Source of the DNA: an uncultured Dehalococcoidales bacterium
GTDB lineage: Bacteria > Chloroflexota > Dehalococcoidia > E44-bin15
Direction of reading: 5' to 3'
Assembly: GCA_964583545.1 (NCBI GenBank)
Contig: CAZOVW010000003.1
Coordinates: forward strand, 1-42,894
DNA: 42,894 nucleotides
The position numbers and the translations under genes are program-made. The notes beneath the pieces were generated by a model, which saw only the letters and a program-made list of their open reading frames with translations, was not told the DNA's origin and searched no databases. This document shows positions 9,645-17,757 of the stretch, piece after piece; the first letter of the stretch is position 1; each line of letters starts with the position of its first letter.

Positions 9645-10481
9645 TTATTCAATGCTCAGCCTGATTACCTCGACCGCTTTGGCTACCTTTTTCACGACGC
9701 CGAGCCGGGTGAGGATGAAAAGGGCGAGCGATAGGATCAAGAGCGGTATCCAGAAAATGAGGTACGTCACGGGCATTAAAATCATGAACACAATGGCGGC
9801 GAGCCCCATCGGTATGTAGCCTTCGTAAGGCTCTATCTCGCTGTCCGCCCCGCCCTCAAAGAAGTCTCTCACTTCATCCAGGATTTCCTGCCTTTGCTCG
9901 GGGGTTAATTCCTCGCCGGGCATTATAATATCCACTATACTATCGAGGTGCTCATCAACTGTGTCCACTGCCCAGTCAACGGACTCTTCAGGGAGGGAGA
10001 AGCCCGCTCTATCGATCTCTTCGGCATATCCAAAATAGAGGCTGGTACATGCTAGCGCCGTGAGCACTACAAGCAGGATGGCCTGAGTAAACATTATATG
10101 CCGTACGGAAAACCTGATGCGATTGCCGAGCTCACCTCGCACGCCTGCCAGATAGAGCAGTCCTGCCAGGAAGTAAATCGCCGCCGCGATGATGCTGACC
10201 ACCGATATCTCCCAGGTGAGGAACATCGCCAGGGCGGAGACGGCAAAGGCGACCACTGCTAGCCAGAAAGGGCGCAGGAGCACGGCGACAAGCCCGCCAG
10301 TCACGGCCACGGCTACCAGCGCCCCCAGTAACCAGATGCCAAGGTATAAAGCATCCCACGTAGGTGGAACCAGGTACTCCCACCCCTCACCGACCCATCT
10401 CAAGACGAGCCCGAAAAAGCAGCCAGCACCGGCAAGCAGTGCCCCAAATATAATGATCTTAATTATCTTTGCCGTTGACAT
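9645..10481 (-). CDS. Hypothetical polytopic membrane protein with an acidic soluble insert
   Basis: 278 aa. It has about 5 N-terminal TM helices, an acidic segment (EESVDWAVDTVDEHLDSIVD..EELTPEQRQEILDEVRDFFEGGADSE) and 2 C-terminal TM helices. I recognise no family. It starts 19 nt downstream of the HerA-like gene. Confidence 0.45.
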   Translation of the reverse strand: MSTAKIIKIIIFGALLAGAGCFFGLVLRWVGEGWEYLVPPTWDALYLGIWLLGALVAVAVTGGLVAVLLRPFWLAVVAFAVSALAMFLTWEISVVSIIAAAIYFLAGLLYLAGVRGELGNRIRFSVRHIMFTQAILLVVLTALACTSLYFGYAEEIDRAGFSLPEESVDWAVDTVDEHLDSIVDIIMPGEELTPEQRQEILDEVRDFFEGGADSEIEPYEGYIPMGLAAIVFMILMPVTYLIFWIPLLILSLALFILTRLGVVKKVAKAVEVIRLSIE

Positions 10482-10500
10482 TTAGCTACCTCCTTCTTCA

Positions 10501-12120
10501 TCACCCCCACAGGTCCTTTGTTTCCTCCTCCGCCTGCTTCTTTAGCTCCAGCGCCTCGCGGAAGCCAAGCTCTTTATATGACTGGGGTGAGCCATATTCC
10601 CTCGTCCTCACCACCACGGGCATGGGGACGGCATGGCCGAAGATGAGCGCCTGCTGCCTGGTATCCAGCTTTGCAAGCACAGCCTTGAGTTCGCTCTTTC
10701 CCGATACCCCGGTGAGCACGCTATCGATGTCCCGCTCATTATCCAGCAGGCAGGTTATCTTGGTGCCGAGCTGGCTCATCACCTCCTCATCGATGCCGCT
10801 GGGGCGCTGGTCGATCACCAGCAGGGTGACGTTATACTTCCTCATCTCGCGGGCGATGGTGCCAAAGATGGTCTGTCCTGAAATATCAGGGCTGAGGAAC
10901 TTGTGCGCCTCCTCAATGGTGATGACCAGGGGTTGGGGTTTGGCGATGTCTTCACCCATCGCTCTCTCCATCCGCTCCCGATACTGGGCGTGAATGCGCC
11001 GGGTAAGGAGGTTCGCCACTAAAATATAGGCCGTATAATCGGTGTAGCGACCAAACTCGAGGACGACATTTATCCCTCGATCCAGGTATTCTAAAATGCG
11101 CTGCATGGCATTATCTCTGGCGTGGTGCACGAGGAAGCGGAGCCTCCTCAAACTATCCAGGCGACGATGAAGTGCCGCCATGGTTGCCTCATGCTCCCCC
11201 AGGCTTTGTGCCAGTTCATTTAAGACCTCCCTGCCCTCGATGGCGAGGAAGCTTTCCAGCCAGTTGCCCTCCCCAAACCTGCGGGCGAGGCGATAGGTCG
11301 CCTGCACCGAGGCATCGGTGAGGGCTAGCGTCTCACGAAGCATGGCGATGTCCTCAGGCTCGATCTCATCATAGCCGATCTCGACCACGAAGTCAGTCGA
11401 TACTTTGCGTCTTCTAGCGCTCTCCTCATCGAGGGCGAACACCGCCACCTTCGATGCGAAGAGCTGCTTCAGGGCCTTCACCTTCCGCCCCTCCTCACTG
11501 GTGCCCTCCCAGCCATACTCGCTGTGCATATCGAAGACCAGGTTCACCGCCGCTCCCTCCTGGATTATCCCGATGAGAATGATCCTGGCCAGAAAGGTCT
11601 TCCCGGTGCCGCTTTTGCCGAAGATGCCGTTGGAGCGCTTCACCAGCTCCGCCGGGTTGAGGCGGACCTTGGTCTCCATATCGAGCGGGGTGCCAATGTA
11701 GAATTGTTTTTCCGCCACTAGGCCAAAGACCCGCTCCACATCCTGCTCGCTGGCCTCCTGAACCACGGAGAAGTGGGTCGGCACGGTCTTCACCGGCTGG
11801 GGACCCTCAAGGAGGCTCAGAGCCTCGCCCCCGATGGTGAGCGAGGGCAGGATATGGAGCCTGCCGAAGGTGCTCGTCCCGGAGAGAACCTCGGCGATAA
11901 AGGGGTCGGAGACATCAGGGGGCGTGGTCATAAGCCTCTGGTCGATGGCGTCCAGGGTAACATCGGTGATCATGCCGAAAAAGCGCCTTTTTTCGCCTTC
12001 AATGGTTACATAGCGACCAACGGCAATGTCTTCAACAGAGATAGCGCCATCAAGCCTGACCTCAACACCCCTGGTCAGCGAGCCTGAGACAACAATGCCC
12101 AATCTTCTCTCCTCCATCAC
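10501..12120 (-). CDS. HerA-like (DUF87) FtsK/HerA-superfamily P-loop ATPase
   Basis: 539 aa. The N-terminal barrel-like region reads LGIVVSGSLTRGVEVRLDG..VGRYVTIEGEKRRFFGMITDV. Walker A is GKSGTGKT, a Walker B-like stretch is LVITIEEAHKF, and VIDQRPSGID follows. Confidence 0.8.
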   Translation of the reverse strand: MMEERRLGIVVSGSLTRGVEVRLDGAISVEDIAVGRYVTIEGEKRRFFGMITDVTLDAIDQRLMTTPPDVSDPFIAEVLSGTSTFGRLHILPSLTIGGEALSLLEGPQPVKTVPTHFSVVQEASEQDVERVFGLVAEKQFYIGTPLDMETKVRLNPAELVKRSNGIFGKSGTGKTFLARIILIGIIQEGAAVNLVFDMHSEYGWEGTSEEGRKVKALKQLFASKVAVFALDEESARRRKVSTDFVVEIGYDEIEPEDIAMLRETLALTDASVQATYRLARRFGEGNWLESFLAIEGREVLNELAQSLGEHEATMAALHRRLDSLRRLRFLVHHARDNAMQRILEYLDRGINVVLEFGRYTDYTAYILVANLLTRRIHAQYRERMERAMGEDIAKPQPLVITIEEAHKFLSPDISGQTIFGTIAREMRKYNVTLLVIDQRPSGIDEEVMSQLGTKITCLLDNERDIDSVLTGVSGKSELKAVLAKLDTRQQALIFGHAVPMPVVVRTREYGSPQSYKELGFREALELKKQAEEETKDLWG

Positions 12121-12698
12121 CCTTTTATCCTCCTTAGGATGGTGTTCAGCCTGTTCGTCTCGCCGCCAAGGAGCACTGCTAGTTCCTTGCCTGCCTTGAT
12201 CAGGAAATCGCGAGGGTCCCGATGTGCTGCGGCGGCATTGCGGAGCGAAGCGGCAATCAGCTCGTCCGCTTGCCCCCCGGCGCCGACCAGGATGCTCAGA
12301 AAATCGAGAGATTTGCTGAACTGTACAGTCTCCCTTGGGTCACACAGGTAGACAAAGCTATGGATTCGGGCCGGCCGCGGTGGCAGGTAGTGATTGATTC
12401 GCTGTCCCTCTTTATGTCCCACCACCGTGGCAGTAAAATCGGTGCGCAGGAGTTTCGCCAGTTGGGGGCTGGAGCGGTAGATGTCCTCCTCCTCAGCCTC
12501 TTCCCTCCCCCGGGCGATGGGGTGCCGCCCTGGCTCGATGCTGGTGGTAGCAGCGCCCGAGACCACCGCATAGATCTCCACCTCCCCCTCTGTGGTCTTC
12601 ACCAGACTGCCGAAGCGGGGAGGCTGGTGCAGCTCATAGCACTGCGCCGCAAATTCGCCGGTCGAGGCCTCGATTACTTCGCCTATCTTTGCTGTCAA
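12117..12698 (-). CDS. Hypothetical protein with an N-terminal HAS-barrel-like segment, coupled to the HerA-like ATPase
   Basis: 193 aa with a TTG start (GAGGA about 9 nt upstream). IGEVIEASTGEFAAQCYE..FGSLVKTTEGEVEIYAVVSGA mimics the barrel at the HerA N-terminus. There is no P-loop. Its stop overlaps the HerA start by 4 nt. Confidence 0.45.
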   Translation of the reverse strand: MTAKIGEVIEASTGEFAAQCYELHQPPRFGSLVKTTEGEVEIYAVVSGAATTSIEPGRHPIARGREEAEEEDIYRSSPQLAKLLRTDFTATVVGHKEGQRINHYLPPRPARIHSFVYLCDPRETVQFSKSLDFLSILVGAGGQADELIAASLRNAAAAHRDPRDFLIKAGKELAVLLGGETNRLNTILRRIKG

Positions 12699-12929
12699 AA
12701 CTATTTTCCTCTATCTCCTGATGGACTCCGCCTCCTTGAAGCCGTCTGAAAGCTTCATACAGGTAGTGCCAGCTACTTCTAAAACGATTGCCAGGATCAG
12801 AAATAGCCAACCTATTTAGCCACCCCCTTTGCCGTTCCGCGAAGTGCGCAGCATTTGGGCGAGCAGAGTGAGCCGCAAAGCCCGTGTCAGGCGAAGTTAT
12901 ATTATAAATCTGTTATATCTGAGGACCGC

Positions 12930-13205
12930 TCACCAGCGCCGGCCACCACCTCGAGGGCCTTCGGTGCGAGGGCGAGCCTCATTAACGCTAAGGGTTCGTC
13001 CTTTCAACTCCTTACCGTTCAGTCCAGCGATCGCAGCCTCGGCTTCGGCTTTTTCGGCCATCTCCACAAACCCGAATCCTCTCGATACGCCGCTGTATCT
13101 GTCCGTGATGATTTTGGCGGATGTAACCTGCCCGAAGGCTTCAAAAGCCTCTCGTAACTCCTCTTCGGTGAGTTCATGTGCCAGATTGCCGCAGTAGATA
13201 TTCAC
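12930..13205 (-). CDS. RRM-type glycine/arginine-tailed RNA-binding protein
   Basis: 91 aa with RNP2 (IYCGNL) and RNP1 (RGFGFVEM) and a C-terminal GPRGGGRRW tail. GTG start with AGGAGG 6 nt upstream. Confidence 0.9.
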   Translation of the reverse strand: MNIYCGNLAHELTEEELREAFEAFGQVTSAKIITDRYSGVSRGFGFVEMAEKAEAEAAIAGLNGKELKGRTLSVNEARPRTEGPRGGGRRW

Positions 13206-13306
13206 TCTGACCTCCTTTTCATTTTTCTGGAACCTTTATACCAGAATTTCGCCATTTCGCCCAGTATCCAAATAGACGAACTTCGCCTCCTTTCCATTGT
13301 TGCATA

Positions 13307-13912
13307 TCAGATATCCTTGGACAGCCTGATGAACTCGAACTCCTGCCCATCGATTACGGTTCCCCGTGGCTCTCCTACGGCTTGCATCCCAAACCTCTTG
13401 TAGAATCTAATCGCGCCTTCATTGTTCGTTTCCGCATCCACTTCAAGTTTTATTGCTCCTGCCTTTCTGCGTGCTGCTTCAGTATGGGATAAAAGGCTTG
13501 TACCCAGCCCCTGGTTCCTGAACTGGGGGTAGAAGGCCATGCTGGCGATATAAAATGTGCCGTCGTCCATCTTGCCCAGGTTAGCGCCGGCCCATTGCAG
13601 GTGCCGCCTTTGAGTGATGAATTTCGCTTTCATATATCTGGCTATTAGTAAGGTCGTTTTGATCTGTTCCTTCTTGTTCGCTCTCCAATCATAGGCGAGG
13701 ATCATGCCAGCGTTTTTGCCATTGACCTTCACAAAATGGGCATGTTCAAAGCTGGTAATATTTCGTCTATAGCGGAAGCAGTTTGCGGCGACCTTATCCT
13801 GAGTGCCTCCATAGAGAGCGGGGACATACTCCGGAGCGGACATGACGAAAAGCCTGACGAAGTCCTCAGTGTCTTCCGGAACTCGAGCCGGTACTATGAT
13901 GTGTTCCGCCAT
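13307..13912 (-). CDS. GNAT-family N-acetyltransferase
   Basis: It has the acetyl-CoA motif FRNQGLGTSLL and a C-terminal NNEGAIRFYKRFGM. I prefer ATG 13912 (GGGGG 7 nt upstream) over the track's GTG 13933, which would overlap the NurA-like stop. Confidence 0.7.
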   Translation of the reverse strand: MAEHIIVPARVPEDTEDFVRLFVMSAPEYVPALYGGTQDKVAANCFRYRRNITSFEHAHFVKVNGKNAGMILAYDWRANKKEQIKTTLLIARYMKAKFITQRRHLQWAGANLGKMDDGTFYIASMAFYPQFRNQGLGTSLLSHTEAARRKAGAIKLEVDAETNNEGAIRFYKRFGMQAVGEPRGTVIDGQEFEFIRLSKDI

Positions 13913-13923
13913 AAATTTACCCC

Positions 13924-15123
13924 CTACACCCACCGCAGCCGTTTGCTCCTGCTCTTGCCGGAGCTATGGATATCCAGGCGTTCCTCCGCCAGGCAAAGCT
14001 CCACAAGCCCGCGGAACTGCTCCCGGTCGGCGCCAGTGACGACTGCCTTCTCGTGCGCCTCCATCAGCGCCACGGGGTAGCCATGCCCGCGGCGGCACTG
14101 GTCAAGCACCAGCGAGTGAACCAGATTTACAAGCTCTTCCCTCTCAGCAACCCACTGTGGAATCTCCACCCTGACTACCTCCTCGTCCAGCTTCACGTAG
14201 AAGAAGTGAATCTGGTGCTCCCCATAGTGCCTCTGCATGAACCGGGAGCCGCTTAAAAAGACAGCCGACCTCTCGCCGTAATCAAGTATGGTGCGAAAAA
14301 GGTCGCGGTCCTGGATGCCGGCGACGGCGTCGCACTCCCTTTGGCGACCCGCCGGACAGTAGCGGTCGCAGTCGGCGGGGTCGTGGGGGCAGAGGTAAAC
14401 TCGCAGCGCATTGACCACATCGGTGCTGCGGGGGAAGCTGATGTAGCTGGCGAGGGCAAAAATTTTGTTCTCGCCGTAGCGTTTCATGCAGTCGAGGGTT
14501 TCGAGATATTCCTTGTCCAGTAGCTCCTCCCTGACGAAGCTTTTAGCCTCCTCGAAATCCCTTCCTGCCAGCCCCCATAGGATGAGCGAGCCATCGATGA
14601 GGGCGAGGGTCGGCCACTCGCCGGGGAGTTTCGACGCGATCTCTGCCAGCGCCTGGCACTCCGCCACGCTCCTTTTCACACCCAAAATCGCCCCCTCGAT
14701 AAGCTCCTCCCGGCCAGTGGGGCCGGTGAGCACCAGGTCATCGCCGAAAAAGAGTCTGGCCTCGCTTGAAAGCAGGGCATCGGGGTTTTCCCCATAGTGG
14801 AGCAGGGCGCTGCCGATATTGATCAGATAGCATCTCACCGAGCTGTGGCGGTCAACATCGATATGGGAGCCATCGGTGGCGAGGACGGTGAACTCTGTGG
14901 GGTAGTGCGGCGCCTCGTAGTGCTGTGCCAGCCCATCGGTCAGTCCAGCGACCAGCCATGAGGTCTTGCTTGCAGCGCTCTTCCGCTTCAGGGAATCGGC
15001 ATCAGCGGCGTGAAGGAGCTGGAGGGCACGCTCCAGGTGTTCCCTTCTCTCCTTTTCCTCCGTCTTGAGCTTTGCTGCCAGCCCTTCGATCTGGGCGGCC
15101 ACCTGGCTGAGGTCTAGGGGCAT
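13924..15123 (-). CDS. NurA-domain nuclease-like protein
   Basis: About 400 aa. VLATDGSHID, LIDGSLILWG and GHGYPVALMEAHEKAVV resemble the NurA catalytic Asp motifs and C-terminal signature as I recall them. The start is ambiguous: ATG 15123 or TTG 15147. Confidence 0.7.
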   Translation of the reverse strand: MPLDLSQVAAQIEGLAAKLKTEEKERREHLERALQLLHAADADSLKRKSAASKTSWLVAGLTDGLAQHYEAPHYPTEFTVLATDGSHIDVDRHSSVRCYLINIGSALLHYGENPDALLSSEARLFFGDDLVLTGPTGREELIEGAILGVKRSVAECQALAEIASKLPGEWPTLALIDGSLILWGLAGRDFEEAKSFVREELLDKEYLETLDCMKRYGENKIFALASYISFPRSTDVVNALRVYLCPHDPADCDRYCPAGRQRECDAVAGIQDRDLFRTILDYGERSAVFLSGSRFMQRHYGEHQIHFFYVKLDEEVVRVEIPQWVAEREELVNLVHSLVLDQCRRGHGYPVALMEAHEKAVVTGADREQFRGLVELCLAEERLDIHSSGKSRSKRLRWV

Positions 15124-15220
15124 CTTCGTTTTTTCGCCCTTTCTCAAACGATTTTATATGAAAACGTGTCTCTCTCCAAGTCGAGAAGAGGAAGATGACA
15201 CATCTGTAAAGTACAAAAAG

Positions 15221-15538
15221 CTAGCCCCGAAATTTGGGGGGCGACTTCCAAAATATCTCCCAATCTTCCATTCCAATGCCCAGGTCGGAAAGAACCTTTG
15301 TGGAGACAGGGTAAGAAATCCCTGACTCGCTCTCTATCTTTTTGATCTGGCGGCAAAGCACGAAGGTCATCGTCTTAACATGCTCATAGCTCATCCAGAC
15401 CCTGGCCACTGTTTCGGGTAATTTCCCCGGGCCGGGTTCAGGAGGGCTTTTCCTGAGGTTAATCACCACCCCGTAGGGTCCTCCGCTAATCATAAACTGG
15501 TCCGAGTAAAACTCGGGGATCTCTTTCTCTTCAGGCAT
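15221..15538 (-). CDS. DUF3467-like small protein
   Basis: 105 aa. FYSDQFMISGGPYGVVINL..VARVWMSYEHVKTM resembles DUF3467 from memory. Confidence 0.5.
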   Translation of the reverse strand: MPEEKEIPEFYSDQFMISGGPYGVVINLRKSPPEPGPGKLPETVARVWMSYEHVKTMTFVLCRQIKKIESESGISYPVSTKVLSDLGIGMEDWEIFWKSPPKFRG

Positions 15539-15615
15539 ATTTCCCTCCTATATCTTTGAGCAGTATAGCATAGCGTCATTCATAGAGCAATCCACGCATT
15601 AGTGACCCATTGTCC

Positions 15616-15696
15616 CCGTCATTGCGAGCCGAAGGCGAAGCAATCTGGTTAACCATCCTTGGGGATTGCTTCGTCGCCAAGGCTCCTCGCAATGAC
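15616..15696. repeat. Imperfect palindromic (REP/MITE-like) element in a divergent intergenic region
   Basis: The left arm is CGTCATTGCGAGCCGAAGGCGAAGCAATC and the right arm is GATTGCTTCGTCGCCAAGGCTCCTCGCAATGACG. The outer 12 nt and inner 10 nt are perfectly complementary. The CGTCATTGCGAG..CTCGCAATGACG core is a motif I recognise from many environmental genomes. Confidence 0.6.
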
Positions 15697-15805
15697 GAGT
15701 GAAGGGAAATCCACGACCCCACGTGTCACCTATCTTTTTGAACGAGCTAATCCGCAATTGCTTGAAGAGGCAGGGGTCTGATATTATAAGCGGAAAGGAG
15801 GCATC

Positions 15806-16840
15806 GTGAGCGTAGGATTGGTATATGACCCGATTTACCTGGAGCACGATACGGGGCTGCATGTGGAGGTGGCGGCACGGCTGGTGAAGGTTGTGGAGCA
15901 CCTGGGAAATACGGGGGTGATGAAACAACTTGTCCCGATTCGCCCCCGTGCCGCCACTGTGGATGAACTCTCGACAGTGCACTCCCCTGGGTACATCTCC
16001 TATGTGGAGTCCTTCGCTCAGCGGGGCGGCGGTTCGCTTGACCCCGATACTGTGGTCTCCCCAGCCTCCTATAAAGTGGCGCTTCACGCTGCCGGTGGCC
16101 TCATCAAGGCGGTTGATGCGGTGATGGCTGAGGAAGTGTCGAGCGCCTTCGCCCTGGTCAGACCCCCGGGGCATCACGCCCTGCGCTGGGAGGCTATGGG
16201 GTTCTGCCTGTTCAACAATATCGCCATCGCTGCCAGGCATGCGATAGATAGCTACAAGCTGGAGCGCATCCTGATCGCTGACTTCGATGTCCATCATGGC
16301 AATGGAACCCAGGACACCTTTTACAGTGACCCCCATGTCCTCTACTTCTCCACTCACCAGTACCCCTTTTATCCCGGGAGCGGTCGTGTTGATGAGACTG
16401 GGGCCGGGGAGGGTGAGGGGGCAACAGTGAATGTCCCCCTTCCTGCCTGGTGTGGCGATGAGGAATACCTGCGGGTTTATGATGAGGTGCTCGTTCCGGT
16501 GGCGAGGCGCTTTCGCCCTCAGCTCATCCTGGTCTCAGCAGGCTATGACCCCCACTGGGCTGACGCGATATCACTGATGCAAATGAGCACCACCGGCTTC
16601 GCCAAGGTGGTTAGCATAATAAAAGGGCTAGCCGATGAGCTTTGCGCTGGGCGGCTCGTCTTCAGTTTGGAGGGGGGCTATCATCTTGAGGCGTTGGCCT
16701 CATCGATCAGGGCAACCCTGGATGTGCTCCTTGGCGCCTCTGAGATCGCCGATCCCCTAGGCGGGTCTCCTGGAGCAAGGGGGGCACCATTTATTGAGGC
16801 CCTTCTTCAGGAGATAAAGGAGACTCACAAGCTGGCATGA
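15806..16840 (+). CDS. Histone deacetylase-family (AcuC/HDAC-like) amidohydrolase
   Basis: 344 aa. Motifs RPPGHHA, DFDVHHGNGTQ and GGY are HDAC zinc and active-site motifs. GTG start with AGGAGG 5 nt upstream. Confidence 0.85.
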   Translation: MSVGLVYDPIYLEHDTGLHVEVAARLVKVVEHLGNTGVMKQLVPIRPRAATVDELSTVHSPGYISYVESFAQRGGGSLDPDTVVSPASYKVALHAAGGLIKAVDAVMAEEVSSAFALVRPPGHHALRWEAMGFCLFNNIAIAARHAIDSYKLERILIADFDVHHGNGTQDTFYSDPHVLYFSTHQYPFYPGSGRVDETGAGEGEGATVNVPLPAWCGDEEYLRVYDEVLVPVARRFRPQLILVSAGYDPHWADAISLMQMSTTGFAKVVSIIKGLADELCAGRLVFSLEGGYHLEALASSIRATLDVLLGASEIADPLGGSPGARGAPFIEALLQEIKETHKLA

Positions 16841-17754
16841 GATCCTCGCCTTTTCTGGTACTGGGGGCAGGGATTGGGACAATCCTCACACTCCGTCTCG
16901 CAGGGCTCAATATGGATCGTCACACGGGTATTGGCAAGCCTTGACTTAATGTCCTCCTCCAGGTGGTCGCATAGCTTGTGTGCCTTTTCTACGCTGGTAC
17001 TTCTGGCCATTACCAGATGCAGCTCGATGTAGCGCTCGCTGCCCGCCTTTCTGGTGTGCAGCTCGTGGAAGCCCACCATCATTCCAAGATGCTCATTGAT
17101 GCAGGATTCTATCAGGGACTCCTCCTTCTCAGGAAGCTTGACATCGACGAGGGGCGGGAAGGCTCTCCTTATCACATTGTAAGCCGCTCTCAAGATAAAG
17201 AGGGCAACGGCGAGAGCGATTATGGGGTCGAGAATATTGAGCCCGGTGATGCGCACCACGACCAGCCCAGCTAATACCCCCAGCGAGGTATAGACATCGG
17301 TGGTGAGATGGCGGGCATCGGCCTCCAGCGCTATCGAATCCGTTTTCCTAGCGATGCGCAGCAGATGACGGGAGACAAGGATGTTCACCACTACAGAGAC
17401 CGCCATCACCGCGATCCCGATACTTACATATTCAATCTTTGCTCCCACAATGATCCTCTTTATCGCCTCGTAAATGATGAAGGCGGCAGCGACAAAGATC
17501 AGGCCCGCCTCTATGGTGCCACTGACATTCTCCACCTTGCCGTGGCCGAAGGGGTGCTCCCGATCCGCTGGCTTACCGGCAATCCGCAAGCTGATGAAGG
17601 CGATGACTGCAGCCACGAGGTCGATGCCACTGTGAATTGCCTCGGCGATAATGCTGACACTGCCGCTAAGGATGCCAGCCACCACCTTGAGCAGGATCAA
17701 CAGGGTGTTGGAAAGGACAGAAAGCCCGGCGGCACCGGTCCTGGTTTGGAACAT
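16825..17754 (-). CDS. Cation diffusion facilitator (CDF) metal efflux transporter
   Basis: 309 aa. Motifs SVSIIAEAIHSGIDL, HPFGHGK and HLTTDVYTSLGV are present, with a Cys-rich C-terminal tail. The 3' end overlaps the HDAC 3' end by 16 nt (convergent). Confidence 0.85.
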   Translation of the reverse strand: MFQTRTGAAGLSVLSNTLLILLKVVAGILSGSVSIIAEAIHSGIDLVAAVIAFISLRIAGKPADREHPFGHGKVENVSGTIEAGLIFVAAAFIIYEAIKRIIVGAKIEYVSIGIAVMAVSVVVNILVSRHLLRIARKTDSIALEADARHLTTDVYTSLGVLAGLVVVRITGLNILDPIIALAVALFILRAAYNVIRRAFPPLVDVKLPEKEESLIESCINEHLGMMVGFHELHTRKAGSERYIELHLVMARSTSVEKAHKLCDHLEEDIKSRLANTRVTIHIEPCETECEDCPNPCPQYQKRRGSHASL

Positions 17755-17757
17755 ATC

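Noticed and set aside
10469-10993. 174-aa plus-strand ORF; similar cases at 12222-12749, 17308-17790, 18551-19108, 20585-21166, 25977-26489, 28209-28661, 30056-30595, 30952-31464, 37202-37861 and 40283-40735
   Set aside because: All lie antisense to, or out of frame within, confidently assigned genes. Their compositions are Ser/Arg/Pro-biased and none has a recognisable family.
12699-12929. Candidate ncRNA or sigma-54 promoter (CTGGCA motifs) in the largest minus-block spacer
   Set aside because: There is no convincing stable structure or conserved RNA motif such as SRP, 6S or tRNA arms. The TGGCAC-N5-GTAT match to the -24/-12 consensus is poor.
15599-16357. 252-aa minus-strand ORF
   Set aside because: It is antisense to the HDAC-family gene, which has clear active-site motifs. 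Its C-terminal end is just the translated palindromic element (..LRLAMTG..). I recognise no family.
16825-16840. 16-nt convergent overlap of the HDAC and CDF 3' ends
   Set aside because: It is real, but it is unremarkable in a compact genome with many overlapping genes.
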